This document shows positions 50,727 through 59,820 of a stretch of 64,000 bases of DNA, one piece after another. The stretch comes from an uncultured Candidatus Saccharibacteria bacterium (lineage in GTDB: Bacteria; Patescibacteriota; Doudnabacteria; UBA920): NCBI GenBank assembly GCA_964648985.1, contig CAZYMS010000004.1, positions 2,793 through 66,792 of the forward strand, read 5' to 3'. The number at the start of each line of letters is the position of its first letter. Positions within the stretch are counted from its first letter, which is position 1. Both the position numbers and the translations under genes were made by a program. The notes beneath the pieces were generated by a model, which saw nothing but the letters and a program-made list of their open reading frames with translations, did no database searches and was not told where the DNA came from.

Positions 50727-50763
50727 AAAAAAACCGCTTCTCAGGCCGAGAAGTGGTTTTTTT
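50727..50763 (+). terminator. intrinsic terminator
   Basis: aaaaaaccgcttctc-aggcc-gagaagtggttttttt. Confidence 0.7.
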
Positions 50764-51344
50764 ATCCTGCACACAGTCTTTAGCGCAGAAGTCCTGTTGT
50801 ATGCAGTAGAAGGAGAAGTACTGTTACTGAGATAAGCAAGAAGCAGAAGAAAATACTTGGTCTACACGAGAGTCCCAGCTACACCATGATCGTCATACTT
50901 TTCAGGCGGTCTCCCATACATCCATTCGTTACATAACGTACTGGATATTTATTGTAGGATCCTTGCTTTTATATTGGCTTCCTTTGCCACTTCAAGAGTA
51001 GAGCGAGAAGAGATATTCCAATTTGTATAACCAAGCGGCTCCATACGCTCGATTCTATGAGAAAGCTGGCTTGGTATAGCTTTGTCTGAGATCCAAGAGT
51101 GTTGAGGTAATAGAATTCCGCTTGCCTCGCATTTTCGGTGATGTGAGGCTGTTCTATACCTTCTGTACTGTGCATATCTTGCCCGATAGATTTTACGAAT
51201 TTGCTAATAAAGGTTTTTTGGGTTGATATAGTTGCAATTATTTATTAGATAATCAGTTTTTGTTCTATGGTGCTATAGGCGACAGGCTGTCATTGTTACA
51301 ACCATCTGATGGTCTGATATAATACTAAGAAATATAAATATACT

Positions 51345-52007
51345 ATGCGCATACTTATTGTCGAAGATACAAGCGAACTTGCACATGCGTTACAGCACCA
51401 TTTAAAGGAAGTTGGTTTTACAGTCGATGTCGCTCTTGATGGAGCCAGTGGCATTGCGTGCGCCCGAAGAATAGAGTATGATCTTCTTATTTTGGATTAT
51501 ACCCTTCCGGGTAAGAGTGGCCGCGATATCTGTCTGGAACTAAGAGCGGATGGAAGTAGTGTGCCTATTCTTATGCTGTCTGTTATTTCAGATAGTACTA
51601 GTAAAGCCGATTTGCTTTCCGTGGGGGCGGATGATTATATGAGTAAGCCTTTTTCCGTGAACGAACTCATTGCTCGGGTCCGGGCCTTGCTTCGCAGACC
51701 TGCCCGTATTGCCCCAGAAGAATATCGGGTGGGAGATATAATTATTGATTTGTCCAAACAGATTGTCCACAAGGATAATATGTTGATTGATACTACGGCG
51801 AAAGAGTTTAGATTATTGGAATATCTGGTTCGTAACCGTGGGAGTGTGCTTACGAGAGCAAAGATAATGGAGCATGCTTGGGACATGAACGGTGATGCGT
51901 TCTCGAATTCAATAGAAACCCATATATTAAACATTCGAAAGAAAATAGGAGATAGTAATCATTCGCTTATCGTAACTGTGCCTGGAAGAGGGTATATGAT
52001 CCGCTAA
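51345..52007 (+). CDS. OmpR/PhoB-family response regulator
   Basis: ILIVED, LILD, GADDYMSKPF and winged-helix TVPGRGY. Confidence 0.95.
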   Translation: MRILIVEDTSELAHALQHHLKEVGFTVDVALDGASGIACARRIEYDLLILDYTLPGKSGRDICLELRADGSSVPILMLSVISDSTSKADLLSVGADDYMSKPFSVNELIARVRALLRRPARIAPEEYRVGDIIIDLSKQIVHKDNMLIDTTAKEFRLLEYLVRNRGSVLTRAKIMEHAWDMNGDAFSNSIETHILNIRKKIGDSNHSLIVTVPGRGYMIR

Positions 52008-52133
52008 TTTTTATAAAAATTTTATTATTTCTTGAGCTGCGCGAGTTTATACTTACTATGAAGTCACAGGTCGAAGGCTTCGGAGTTAAAGATTTTATAT
52101 AAGGCTTACCTTGGAGACGAAAGCTCAGAAACA

Positions 52134-52241
52134 ATGAAACAAATAATAGAGTCCATTTTAACTAATCCACAAGCTCGCACAGCTGAGAATGTGGAGGCCG
52201 CGTTCCTTTCTTCCATTGAGTTCGCACCGTGGCGTGAGTAG
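52134..52241 (+). CDS. ComX-like peptide pheromone precursor (35 aa, not in ORF track)
   Basis: MKQIIESILTNPQARTAENVEAAFLSSIEFAPWRE*; single Trp at -3; ComX-like N-terminus; lies between regulator and kinase. Confidence 0.75.
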   Translation: MKQIIESILTNPQARTAENVEAAFLSSIEFAPWRE

Positions 52242-52264
52242 AGGCGCTGAATTATTTTAATATT

Positions 52265-53710
52265 ATGAAAACGCTGACTTTCCGAAAGCGTCTGGAAATT
52301 ATACGTAGATTCTTTCATGAAAGTGGCGTTTTTCTTTACTCTCGTTTTATTGCCCCTCGCGCAGAGGACGACGACGACCGCCGGAGGGAATTCATTCTTA
52401 CCGTTGTTTTGCTCGCGACTCTTTTTTTGCTCTTTTGTGCGGAACTTAGTGTATTTTGTGATAGTGTCCGCTTTGGAAGTGGCTACCATGGTGTGAAACC
52501 TGGTCCGTTCTTTGTGCTTATTGCGTTCATTTTTTGTCTGTATGTTTCGTCTCGCAAAGGGTACTTTACCTTTGCGTCCTATGCACTGTTATTTCTGTAC
52601 TTTATAGGGACTGCTTATAGTATGTTCAAATGGGGTGCTGCACTTCCTGTAGTGCTTGTGTCATGTGCGGCTATTATTGTTATGGCTAGTATACTTATTG
52701 GCACTCGGTTCGGCTTTATAGCTACGGGCGTTGTTATTGGTACCTTATTTATTATTGGATATTTGCAGATATATGGCTCCGTGCATCCTGAATTGTATTG
52801 GCAGTCTCGGGAATTCAGGCTGTTCGGCGATGGCATTGTGTATGCAATACTCCTTTTGTTCATTGGAGTTGTCTCCTGGCTTTCAAACCGCGAAAAAGAA
52901 AATTCCTTACGCCGTGCCCGCTCATCTGAGGCGGCTTTGCTCGCAGAGCGTGATTTGCTCGAAATAAAAGTTGAAGAGAGAACTGAGGAGCTTAAAAGAA
53001 TGCAGCTCGATGAAATGTCACGTATGTACAGGTTTGTTGAATTTGGGAGGCTTGCGTCCGGTATAGTGCACGATCTTATGAGTCCCCTTACTGCCATTTC
53101 ACTCAATATCCCCAAGCTTGATGTAAACGATGCGAATACTATTGAAGCAGCAAAAATCTCGCTTGAGCGCGCAGTGAGCGCAAGTCAGCGCATGGGTAGT
53201 TTTATGCAGGCTGTACGAAATCAGATGGGCGAGCAAGAGTTGCAGGCACCTTTTTCGGTCAATGAACAAATTGCTTCTGTGGTAGAGCTGTTCCATTATA
53301 AAGCTCAAGTAGGTGGTATTTTGCTTAAATATAAACCTCCAGAAAGAGACGTTACTCTTTTTGGCAATGCGCTCAAGTTCCATCAGGTTGTAGCCAATTT
53401 AGTCTCAAATGCTCTTGATGCGTGCGTGCGAGCTTCGAATGCAGAGCCCCAGAATGTAAGTTTGTTTCTGTGTCTCCGTCCCGATACTATGGCTTTACAT
53501 GTCCAGGATACAGGTCCAGGAATTTTACCAGAACATATGGACAAAATGTTTGAACCATTTTTTACTACAAAATCAATTCAAGAGGGTACTGGTATTGGTC
53601 TTTCAACTGCCAAGTATATAGTGGAGAATAGCTTTAAAGGAAATATTACCCCAGTCAACATTCCTGGTGGGGGAGCACTCTTTGTGGTTAGTATTCCTTT
53701 GTCGAGCTGA
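52265..53710 (+). CDS. membrane sensor histidine kinase (HisKA + HATPase_c)
   Basis: About six TM helices; H-box VHDLMSPL, N-box NLVSNALDA, DTGPG, FEPFFTTK, GTGIGL. Confidence 0.93.
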   Translation: MKTLTFRKRLEIIRRFFHESGVFLYSRFIAPRAEDDDDRRREFILTVVLLATLFLLFCAELSVFCDSVRFGSGYHGVKPGPFFVLIAFIFCLYVSSRKGYFTFASYALLFLYFIGTAYSMFKWGAALPVVLVSCAAIIVMASILIGTRFGFIATGVVIGTLFIIGYLQIYGSVHPELYWQSREFRLFGDGIVYAILLLFIGVVSWLSNREKENSLRRARSSEAALLAERDLLEIKVEERTEELKRMQLDEMSRMYRFVEFGRLASGIVHDLMSPLTAISLNIPKLDVNDANTIEAAKISLERAVSASQRMGSFMQAVRNQMGEQELQAPFSVNEQIASVVELFHYKAQVGGILLKYKPPERDVTLFGNALKFHQVVANLVSNALDACVRASNAEPQNVSLFLCLRPDTMALHVQDTGPGILPEHMDKMFEPFFTTKSIQEGTGIGLSTAKYIVENSFKGNITPVNIPGGGALFVVSIPLSS

Positions 53711-53718
53711 AGAGGAGT

Positions 53719-55671
53719 ATGGATACTAAGATTTTGAACACTCTAACGTTGGAGTGCCTTGGCTTTATTGCACAAGCGCAGGAGTTAAGTGGCGCATTTC
53801 TAAGTGCATCTCGTTCGCTTTCTGCAGATATGTCGGAGAGAGTGTATGCGAGTCCGTTTTTTACAGGCTTAATTGTCCATGCGCTCAGCGCGGTGTCAGC
53901 AGACTATAGGGCGGTATCTTCCATTCAAAAACGAGCGTGCGCATATTTGCTCAGCCAGCAGAGCGAGCTGTGTTCTTTTAACTACTGGCAAAGGGGATCG
54001 GATATGGCCCGAGAATTCCCATACCCCGATGACCTTGATGATACGTTTTCCATACTGTCTGCGCTTGTTCGCGTTAGGCCTGAACTGTGTAATGGTGGAA
54101 CTCTTGCACACATTGCTCGTTTGCTTATTGCTACTGAAACCAATGCCGGTGGGCCCTATAGAACGTGGCTTAGTACAAAGCTATCTACCCCTTCCGAAGA
54201 ATTACTTCCCGACATTGCCGTTAATGCCAATGTTGCGTACTTCTTAAAACTCCAGGGCCTGCATGTAGAGCCGTTACTAAATTATTTACATAGCCAGATA
54301 CAGTCTGGTGCTCTTGTATCCCGGTACTACCCATCCATATGGCCCGTACTCTATTTTCTTGCACGGAGTATGCCGCGTACTTCATACGGTGTGCTCATAA
54401 GTTATATAAGAAAAGAATCGCCGGCCTTAGATGCAGCGCCAGACTTGCTGTTGTATGCGCTTCGCTTGCTGGCGCTTGTTTATGTAGATGCATCGTCCGA
54501 TCTTGTCGTCTCCGCACAGAATTCCTTAGTCACACTCATGCGGTATGGAAGGAAGGTATCGCCATTTTGTTTTGATCCTGTTATAATCGGCTCCCAGTAT
54601 GCTGCGCATTCAGAGGCCCTTACAAGGGCTTTGGCCCTAGAATCCCTTTGGCTTTCGAACGCAACCTACAAACCGTTTAGTTCGGTCCACAAGCTTAGTA
54701 AACAGGTGGGAGTGGTAGCTCCAGATTTTCACACGACCGTGCATGCGGCTGTATCAAAGTGCATACAAAGTTTGCCGGGACAAATTGCTGAAAGTGCGCA
54801 GGAGATTCACGCGGCTCTTATACGCAAAGATATTCACCATGAAATAGCGCTATTGCCAAGTTGGTTTGCTAAGAAAAAAATCGAACTGCACACTCCTTTG
54901 GGCGAGGTGGCGGTACGTTTGGGCGCGGCCTCTGTATTTGGCTGGATGGCTTACACTATATACGACACTATTATGGATACGGCACATGGTACGAAGTTAT
55001 TGCCTGTAGCCAATACTTTTTTGCTTGAGCTCTCATGTATATATGGCGATTTGCTGAAATCCGCCCCGAAAGGTCTAGACTTATTTAAAACCTTAATTGC
55101 ACGCATGGAGGCTGGTAATTTGTGGGAGCTTTCGTATGCTCGTATGCAGGTTCTAAATGGGGTTTTCGTGTTGCCAGAACAGGATATACCTTTTTTGCCT
55201 ATGCAACCCGCAGAAAAGTCGATTGGTCACTCATTGGCCCCGCTCATTTTTTCTTTTATTCAGAGCGATAGGCCAGAGGTTTTTGATGGGGCTGCTATAC
55301 TTCGTTTTTTTGAACACTACTTAACAGCCAGACAACTCAATGATGATGCTCACGACTGGTTCGAAGACATATGCGTTGGACAGCTTACTATGGTCAATAC
55401 CATGGTTCTTCGAGGTTGTGGCGGAAAAGTGCCAGTGGATGTTATTGGCCAAAAACTGACCATGCAGCGATATTTTTGGAATACTGTATTGCCGCACATT
55501 GCACAAACTATTACCTATCACGTAACTGAAGCACGTGCAGCTCTGCACGTTTTGCACTTACCAGAGTCGTTTCGTATAGAGAAGAGCCTGCTTAATCCTT
55601 TGGAAAAGTCTGCGCGTACTGCCCTTGCAGACAGTATAAATGCAGCGCGTTTTTTAAAAGAATATGCGTAA
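53719..55671 (+). CDS. fusion of class II terpene cyclase-like domain and ComQ/IPPS-fold prenyltransferase
   Basis: N-half: YLLSQQ...FNYW, PDDLDDT (DxDD), GPYRTW, DIAVNANV. C-half: YTIYDTIMD, EKS, RQLNDDAHDWFED. Confidence 0.75.
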   Translation: MDTKILNTLTLECLGFIAQAQELSGAFLSASRSLSADMSERVYASPFFTGLIVHALSAVSADYRAVSSIQKRACAYLLSQQSELCSFNYWQRGSDMAREFPYPDDLDDTFSILSALVRVRPELCNGGTLAHIARLLIATETNAGGPYRTWLSTKLSTPSEELLPDIAVNANVAYFLKLQGLHVEPLLNYLHSQIQSGALVSRYYPSIWPVLYFLARSMPRTSYGVLISYIRKESPALDAAPDLLLYALRLLALVYVDASSDLVVSAQNSLVTLMRYGRKVSPFCFDPVIIGSQYAAHSEALTRALALESLWLSNATYKPFSSVHKLSKQVGVVAPDFHTTVHAAVSKCIQSLPGQIAESAQEIHAALIRKDIHHEIALLPSWFAKKKIELHTPLGEVAVRLGAASVFGWMAYTIYDTIMDTAHGTKLLPVANTFLLELSCIYGDLLKSAPKGLDLFKTLIARMEAGNLWELSYARMQVLNGVFVLPEQDIPFLPMQPAEKSIGHSLAPLIFSFIQSDRPEVFDGAAILRFFEHYLTARQLNDDAHDWFEDICVGQLTMVNTMVLRGCGGKVPVDVIGQKLTMQRYFWNTVLPHIAQTITYHVTEARAALHVLHLPESFRIEKSLLNPLEKSARTALADSINAARFLKEYA

Positions 55672-55707
55672 CAAAAAATTCCCGAGCGGCTCCCCTCGGA
55701 AATTTTG

Positions 55708-56526
55708 TTATTTTATTAGATCTACCACGCGCCCTGTTTTTGTTTCCCAGAAAACCATTTTGCTGACTGCGCCTTTATCGGACTCTTCTTCATAGAAGCT
55801 CAGTATATAGCCAAATGGTACATTGGTTACGCCCACTAATGTGTATTTCTCAGGACTCTTTTTATACCACGGCATATTGGTTTTAAGGAGTGTATTGATG
55901 GTGCTGCCCTTTGCTTCTATTGCGTGTTCGTTTAAGTTGTATGTGACGAACTGAATGTCGTTATGTTCGGGTGCGCCAGTAAAGTAGGTGATTTGATCCC
56001 CATTCTGCAAGAAGTCACTCCCAGCTAGGCCAATCTCGCTAATAATATTTTTCACTTCCAGCGTATCTCCAAGCCATACTTCATATATTTTATCGAATGT
56101 ATATATACCGTCTTTCCCTCTGTTCGCTGCAGAAACTAAATAGTACCCTGCACGTATATTTTCTATACTGTAAGTGCCATTAAAAACCGCGTGCTCATAC
56201 GTAATAAAAGGACTATCAGTGTCGGTAAACATGTATTCCTTTCCACTGCTGCTTGTGAGTTTAAGGCTGGTGCGTCCGTCTTCTTTTGATGAAAGTGTCT
56301 CAATTTTCCCATACTCGCTGACGAGTAAGGTTTGCATGCAGCCGTATGTGGACCCTTCGGCGCACCTCTCTAATTCCTGAGGAGATGGGTTAGTGGTTTG
56401 GGTAGAGATTGCGGCTAATTGTTCTGCTCGCAAGTTTCCTAGTTCGCGTTTGCTCACTAAAATAACAAGGAGTATGCATGCAAGCGATAATGCTGCAATC
56501 ATACCAACTTTTATTCTTACATTCAT
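55708..56526 (-). CDS. membrane-anchored hypothetical protein
   Basis: N-terminal TM followed by a beta-rich soluble domain. Confidence 0.75.
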   Translation of the reverse strand: MNVRIKVGMIAALSLACILLVILVSKRELGNLRAEQLAAISTQTTNPSPQELERCAEGSTYGCMQTLLVSEYGKIETLSSKEDGRTSLKLTSSSGKEYMFTDTDSPFITYEHAVFNGTYSIENIRAGYYLVSAANRGKDGIYTFDKIYEVWLGDTLEVKNIISEIGLAGSDFLQNGDQITYFTGAPEHNDIQFVTYNLNEHAIEAKGSTINTLLKTNMPWYKKSPEKYTLVGVTNVPFGYILSFYEEESDKGAVSKMVFWETKTGRVVDLIK

Positions 56527-56658
56527 ACTATGTATTGGCTAATCCGAAAATTTATATATTTATAGTATATCAAAATTCGCTAATGCTCTCATCTCTGTAC
56601 AGGCTTACCTTTGCATTGTATGATGATGAGGCAAAGATATTAACTTTATCCACTAATT

Positions 56659-57000
56659 ATGAGCGATTTAGCAGTTACAGAACTTAAAAAAGAAATTATT
56701 ACTGAGGGTGCTGGCCAGGAGGCAAAAGCAGGGGACACGGTAGAAGTCCACTATACTGGTACACTTCTCGATGGTAGCAAGTTCGATTCAAGTCTTGACC
56801 GCGGACAACCATTCTCATTTCCACTTGGCGCAGGTATGGTCATAAAAGGCTGGGACCAAGGTGTTGCTGGTATGAAAGTAGGTGAAAAAGTAAAACTAAC
56901 CATTCCAGCAGAGCTTGGCTATGGCGCCATGGGCTACCCACCCGTTATTCCTGCAAACGCCACTTTGATATTCGAAGTAGAATTATTGGGAATTAGCTAA
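56659..57000 (+). CDS. FKBP-type peptidyl-prolyl isomerase
   Basis: [16 protein letters not shown]...VIKGWDQG...IPAELGYG...LIFEVELL. Confidence 0.96.
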   Translation: MSDLAVTELKKEIITEGAGQEAKAGDTVEVHYTGTLLDGSKFDSSLDRGQPFSFPLGAGMVIKGWDQGVAGMKVGEKVKLTIPAELGYGAMGYPPVIPANATLIFEVELLGIS

Positions 57001-57038
57001 GCCTGTTTCCCAAATCATTAAAGTGCTATTAATGCGAT

Positions 57039-57518
57039 ATGGCAATTATAGAAACAACATTCGGACCTAAAAAGTATTTAACGCTTAAGAAGTCTATTGC
57101 AATAAGGCAGGTGAGCGATAAAGATATGTATGACCAGGCTGGTAAGAAGCTTGGTGGGTATATGCAGGAGCATGGTCTTGTCCCCAGTGGTCCATGGTCC
57201 GTTATATATTTTACGTGGGACCAGGTAGCAGGAACGACGGATTTGGGTATCGCCTTTCCGGTGAGTAGTCTTGAAAGCGTAGAAGATGCAGATTTGAGTT
57301 TGGTAGAAATTCCAGAGTGTAAAGCTGCTGTGGATGTACTGCATGGCTCGTATGAAGGCCTGGCAACTATCCATCAAGGGCTAATGCAATATGTCCAAGA
57401 AAAGGGATATGCTGGGCAAGGTCTCCCAGCCATGGCGGTAGAGGAGTATGTTGTAGATCCTATGCAGGAGTCTAATCCAGACAATTTAGTCACAAACATT
57501 TACTACTTGCATAACTAG
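57039..57518 (+). CDS. GyrI-like small-molecule-binding protein
   Basis: GPW...Y, HGSYEGL, EEYVVDP...LVTNIY. Confidence 0.82.
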   Translation: MAIIETTFGPKKYLTLKKSIAIRQVSDKDMYDQAGKKLGGYMQEHGLVPSGPWSVIYFTWDQVAGTTDLGIAFPVSSLESVEDADLSLVEIPECKAAVDVLHGSYEGLATIHQGLMQYVQEKGYAGQGLPAMAVEEYVVDPMQESNPDNLVTNIYYLHN

Positions 57519-57575
57519 TACTTTCCTCTATATATAAAAGGCCCAGATATAAGCTGGGTCTTTTATATTGTACTC

Positions 57576-57604
57576 TTGACAATATTAGTTAAGATGCTAA
57601 ACTA
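57576..57604 (+). promoter_or_regulatory. promoter with overlapping putative MarR operator
   Basis: TTGACA...TGnTAAACT overlapping the inverted repeat TAGTTAAG-n3-CTAAACTA. Confidence 0.55.
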
Positions 57605-57637
57605 TTTAGAGTCTTAATTGATATGTAGTACCTATAT

Positions 57638-58093
57638 ATGGATAAGAACGAGTTAGTCCGTAAATTATTTACAAATATAGATGCTTTGGGTAGGGCGGCA
57701 AGTGCGCAGAAATTTGCGCCTACGGCAAAGGGTATGCCCACGCATGCTCAGGTTGGGGTGCTCTTTGTCATATTCCATTCAGGCCCCCAGAGTATAAAAG
57801 ATATGGCTGCAAAGTTCGGCATGACACCGAGCGGCATTACTCAGCTGGTAAATGGGTTGGTCAAAGACGGTTTACTCAAACGTACTGAGGATGCTGAAGA
57901 CCGCAGGAAGATTTGTGTCACACTGACTGAGAAGGGGAGAGCGCGTATGGCTGCTATTAAGAAACAGCGATACGAAACCCTTTCAAAGGTCTTTGAGCCG
58001 CTTTCCAGTAATGAACTTATTCAATTAGATACTATATTACAGAAGATAGTTAAACAGGTACAAACCATATGGACAAAAAACCAGAACAAGTAG
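57638..58093 (+). CDS. MarR family regulator
   Basis: ITQLVNGLVKDGLLKR...EDRRKICVTLTEKG. Confidence 0.92.
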   Translation: MDKNELVRKLFTNIDALGRAASAQKFAPTAKGMPTHAQVGVLFVIFHSGPQSIKDMAAKFGMTPSGITQLVNGLVKDGLLKRTEDAEDRRKICVTLTEKGRARMAAIKKQRYETLSKVFEPLSSNELIQLDTILQKIVKQVQTIWTKNQNK

Positions 58094-59820
58094 GAAAGAA
58101 GCCGTCAGGACCAAACCTTTTTAGCTTGCTTGGGCCGTATAGAGGCTTTATAGCGCTGCTGATTGTGCTGGCGCTCGCAAGTAACGGGCTTACCTTGTGG
58201 CTGCCAAAGATTATTGCTCACGGCATAGATGCCTTTCTCCGAAGTGGTCTCTCTTCGCATGCTATTATATGGGAATTTGGCATAGCAGGTGCCCTCATCT
58301 TTATTTTTACGTATCTTCAAAACGTAGTGCAGGTTTATGCGTCTGAAAAGGTGGCGCGTGACCTTCGTCATAAACTTTCTGAAAAGATTTCTAACCGGAC
58401 CTATGCGTTTGTTCAAAAAGTCACTCCAGACAAACTCCTCACAAACCTTACCTCAGATATAGATGCAGTAAAGAACTTTGTGGCCCAGGCAATAGTAAAC
58501 ATTATCTCTTCCATTTTTATTATTATAGGTGCGAGCGTGTTATTGCTATCTATTAACTGGAGGCTTGGCCTTGCGGTGCTCGCTATTGTACCTATTATTG
58601 GCGGTACATTTTTCTTTGTCTTGACTCGCGTCAGGGCACTCTTTCTTAAAACCCGCGAAATAGTAGACTGGCTGAACAAAGTTATAAACGAAAGCATACT
58701 TGGCGCGGGTCTTATCCGCGTACTTAATTCGCACGAGTCAGAATATGGGAAGTTTGTAGCAGCGAACACCAGCGCCCGTGATTTAGGCCTGCAAATTCTT
58801 CGCTTGTTCGCGAGTATGGTGCCAATTATTACGTTTGTCGCCAATCTTGCAGCGCTTATTATACTTGCGCTTGGTGGTCACTTTGTTATTGGCGGTAGTA
58901 TGACGCTGGGAGAATTTGCCGCCTTCAATAGCTACATGTTTATACTTATATTTCCTATTTTCATAATAGGATTTATGAGCAATATTATTGCTCAGGCACA
59001 GGCAAGTTATGGTAGAGTTGCTGAAGTCTTGAATACTCCAGATAGCGAGCAGGGCGGATCAGTGACAGAGCAGCTTACTGGGGAAATTGGAGTGAAAGAT
59101 GTAACGCTCATGTTCGGTGAGAAGCCTGCGCTCAAAAATGTGAATATACATATACAGCCAGGTACTAAAACAGCCATTATTGGACCTACTGCTGCGGGCA
59201 AGACCCAATTGCTGAACTTGCTTATTGGCCTTACTGAGCCTACGAGCGGAAGTGTAGAGTACAATGGTAAAAATATTCGCGACTTTAACCAGGAAATTCT
59301 CTACAAACAAGTCGGACTGGTATTTCAGGACAGCATCGTTTTCAACATGTCTCTCAGAGAAAATATTGCATTCAATACTGAGGTAACAGAGGAGAGTATG
59401 CAGAAAGCTATAGACACAGCAGAGCTTGCAGATTTTATCGCAGGCTTACCCGATGGCCTTAACACTATGGTATCTGAACGCGGTCTGAGTTTGTCGGGCG
59501 GACAAAAACAACGCATTATGCTCGCGCGAAGTCTTGCTATACATCCTAAAATATTGTTGCTCGATGACTTTACTGCGCGGGTAGATGCAAAGACAGAGCG
59601 CAAGATACTTGCTAATGTGTCTCAGAACTACCCAGGCCTTACTTTGCTTTCGGTAACCCAGAAAATAGCAGCGGTAGAGCACTATGACCAAATTATTGTG
59701 CTTATGGAAGGCGAGGTAATTGCCAGTGGTACGCATGAAGAACTTATGCATACATCACCTGAGTACGTACAAATTTATAATTCACAACAGAGCACCAGCA
59801 CCTATGAATTACAGTCTTAA
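58069..59820 (+). CDS. ABC exporter half (permease + ATPase), degenerate site
   Basis: TM domain; GPTAAGKT, LSGGQKQR, LLLDD. Confidence 0.93.
   Translation: MDKKPEQVGKKPSGPNLFSLLGPYRGFIALLIVLALASNGLTLWLPKIIAHGIDAFLRSGLSSHAIIWEFGIAGALIFIFTYLQNVVQVYASEKVARDLRHKLSEKISNRTYAFVQKVTPDKLLTNLTSDIDAVKNFVAQAIVNIISSIFIIIGASVLLLSINWRLGLAVLAIVPIIGGTFFFVLTRVRALFLKTREIVDWLNKVINESILGAGLIRVLNSHESEYGKFVAANTSARDLGLQILRLFASMVPIITFVANLAALIILALGGHFVIGGSMTLGEFAAFNSYMFILIFPIFIIGFMSNIIAQAQASYGRVAEVLNTPDSEQGGSVTEQLTGEIGVKDVTLMFGEKPALKNVNIHIQPGTKTAIIGPTAAGKTQLLNLLIGLTEPTSGSVEYNGKNIRDFNQEILYKQVGLVFQDSIVFNMSLRENIAFNTEVTEESMQKAIDTAELADFIAGLPDGLNTMVSERGLSLSGGQKQRIMLARSLAIHPKILLLDDFTARVDAKTERKILANVSQNYPGLTLLSVTQKIAAVEHYDQIIVLMEGEVIASGTHEELMHTSPEYVQIYNSQQSTSTYELQS

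Noticed and set aside
50770-51240. Possible gene or target upstream of the response regulator
   Set aside because: Only a 68-aa ORF without recognisable motifs; possibly decayed sequence, cannot be assigned
52106-52489. 127-aa minus-strand ORF over the peptide and kinase start
   Set aside because: Antisense to the kinase with no motif; the + strand peptide fits the operon better
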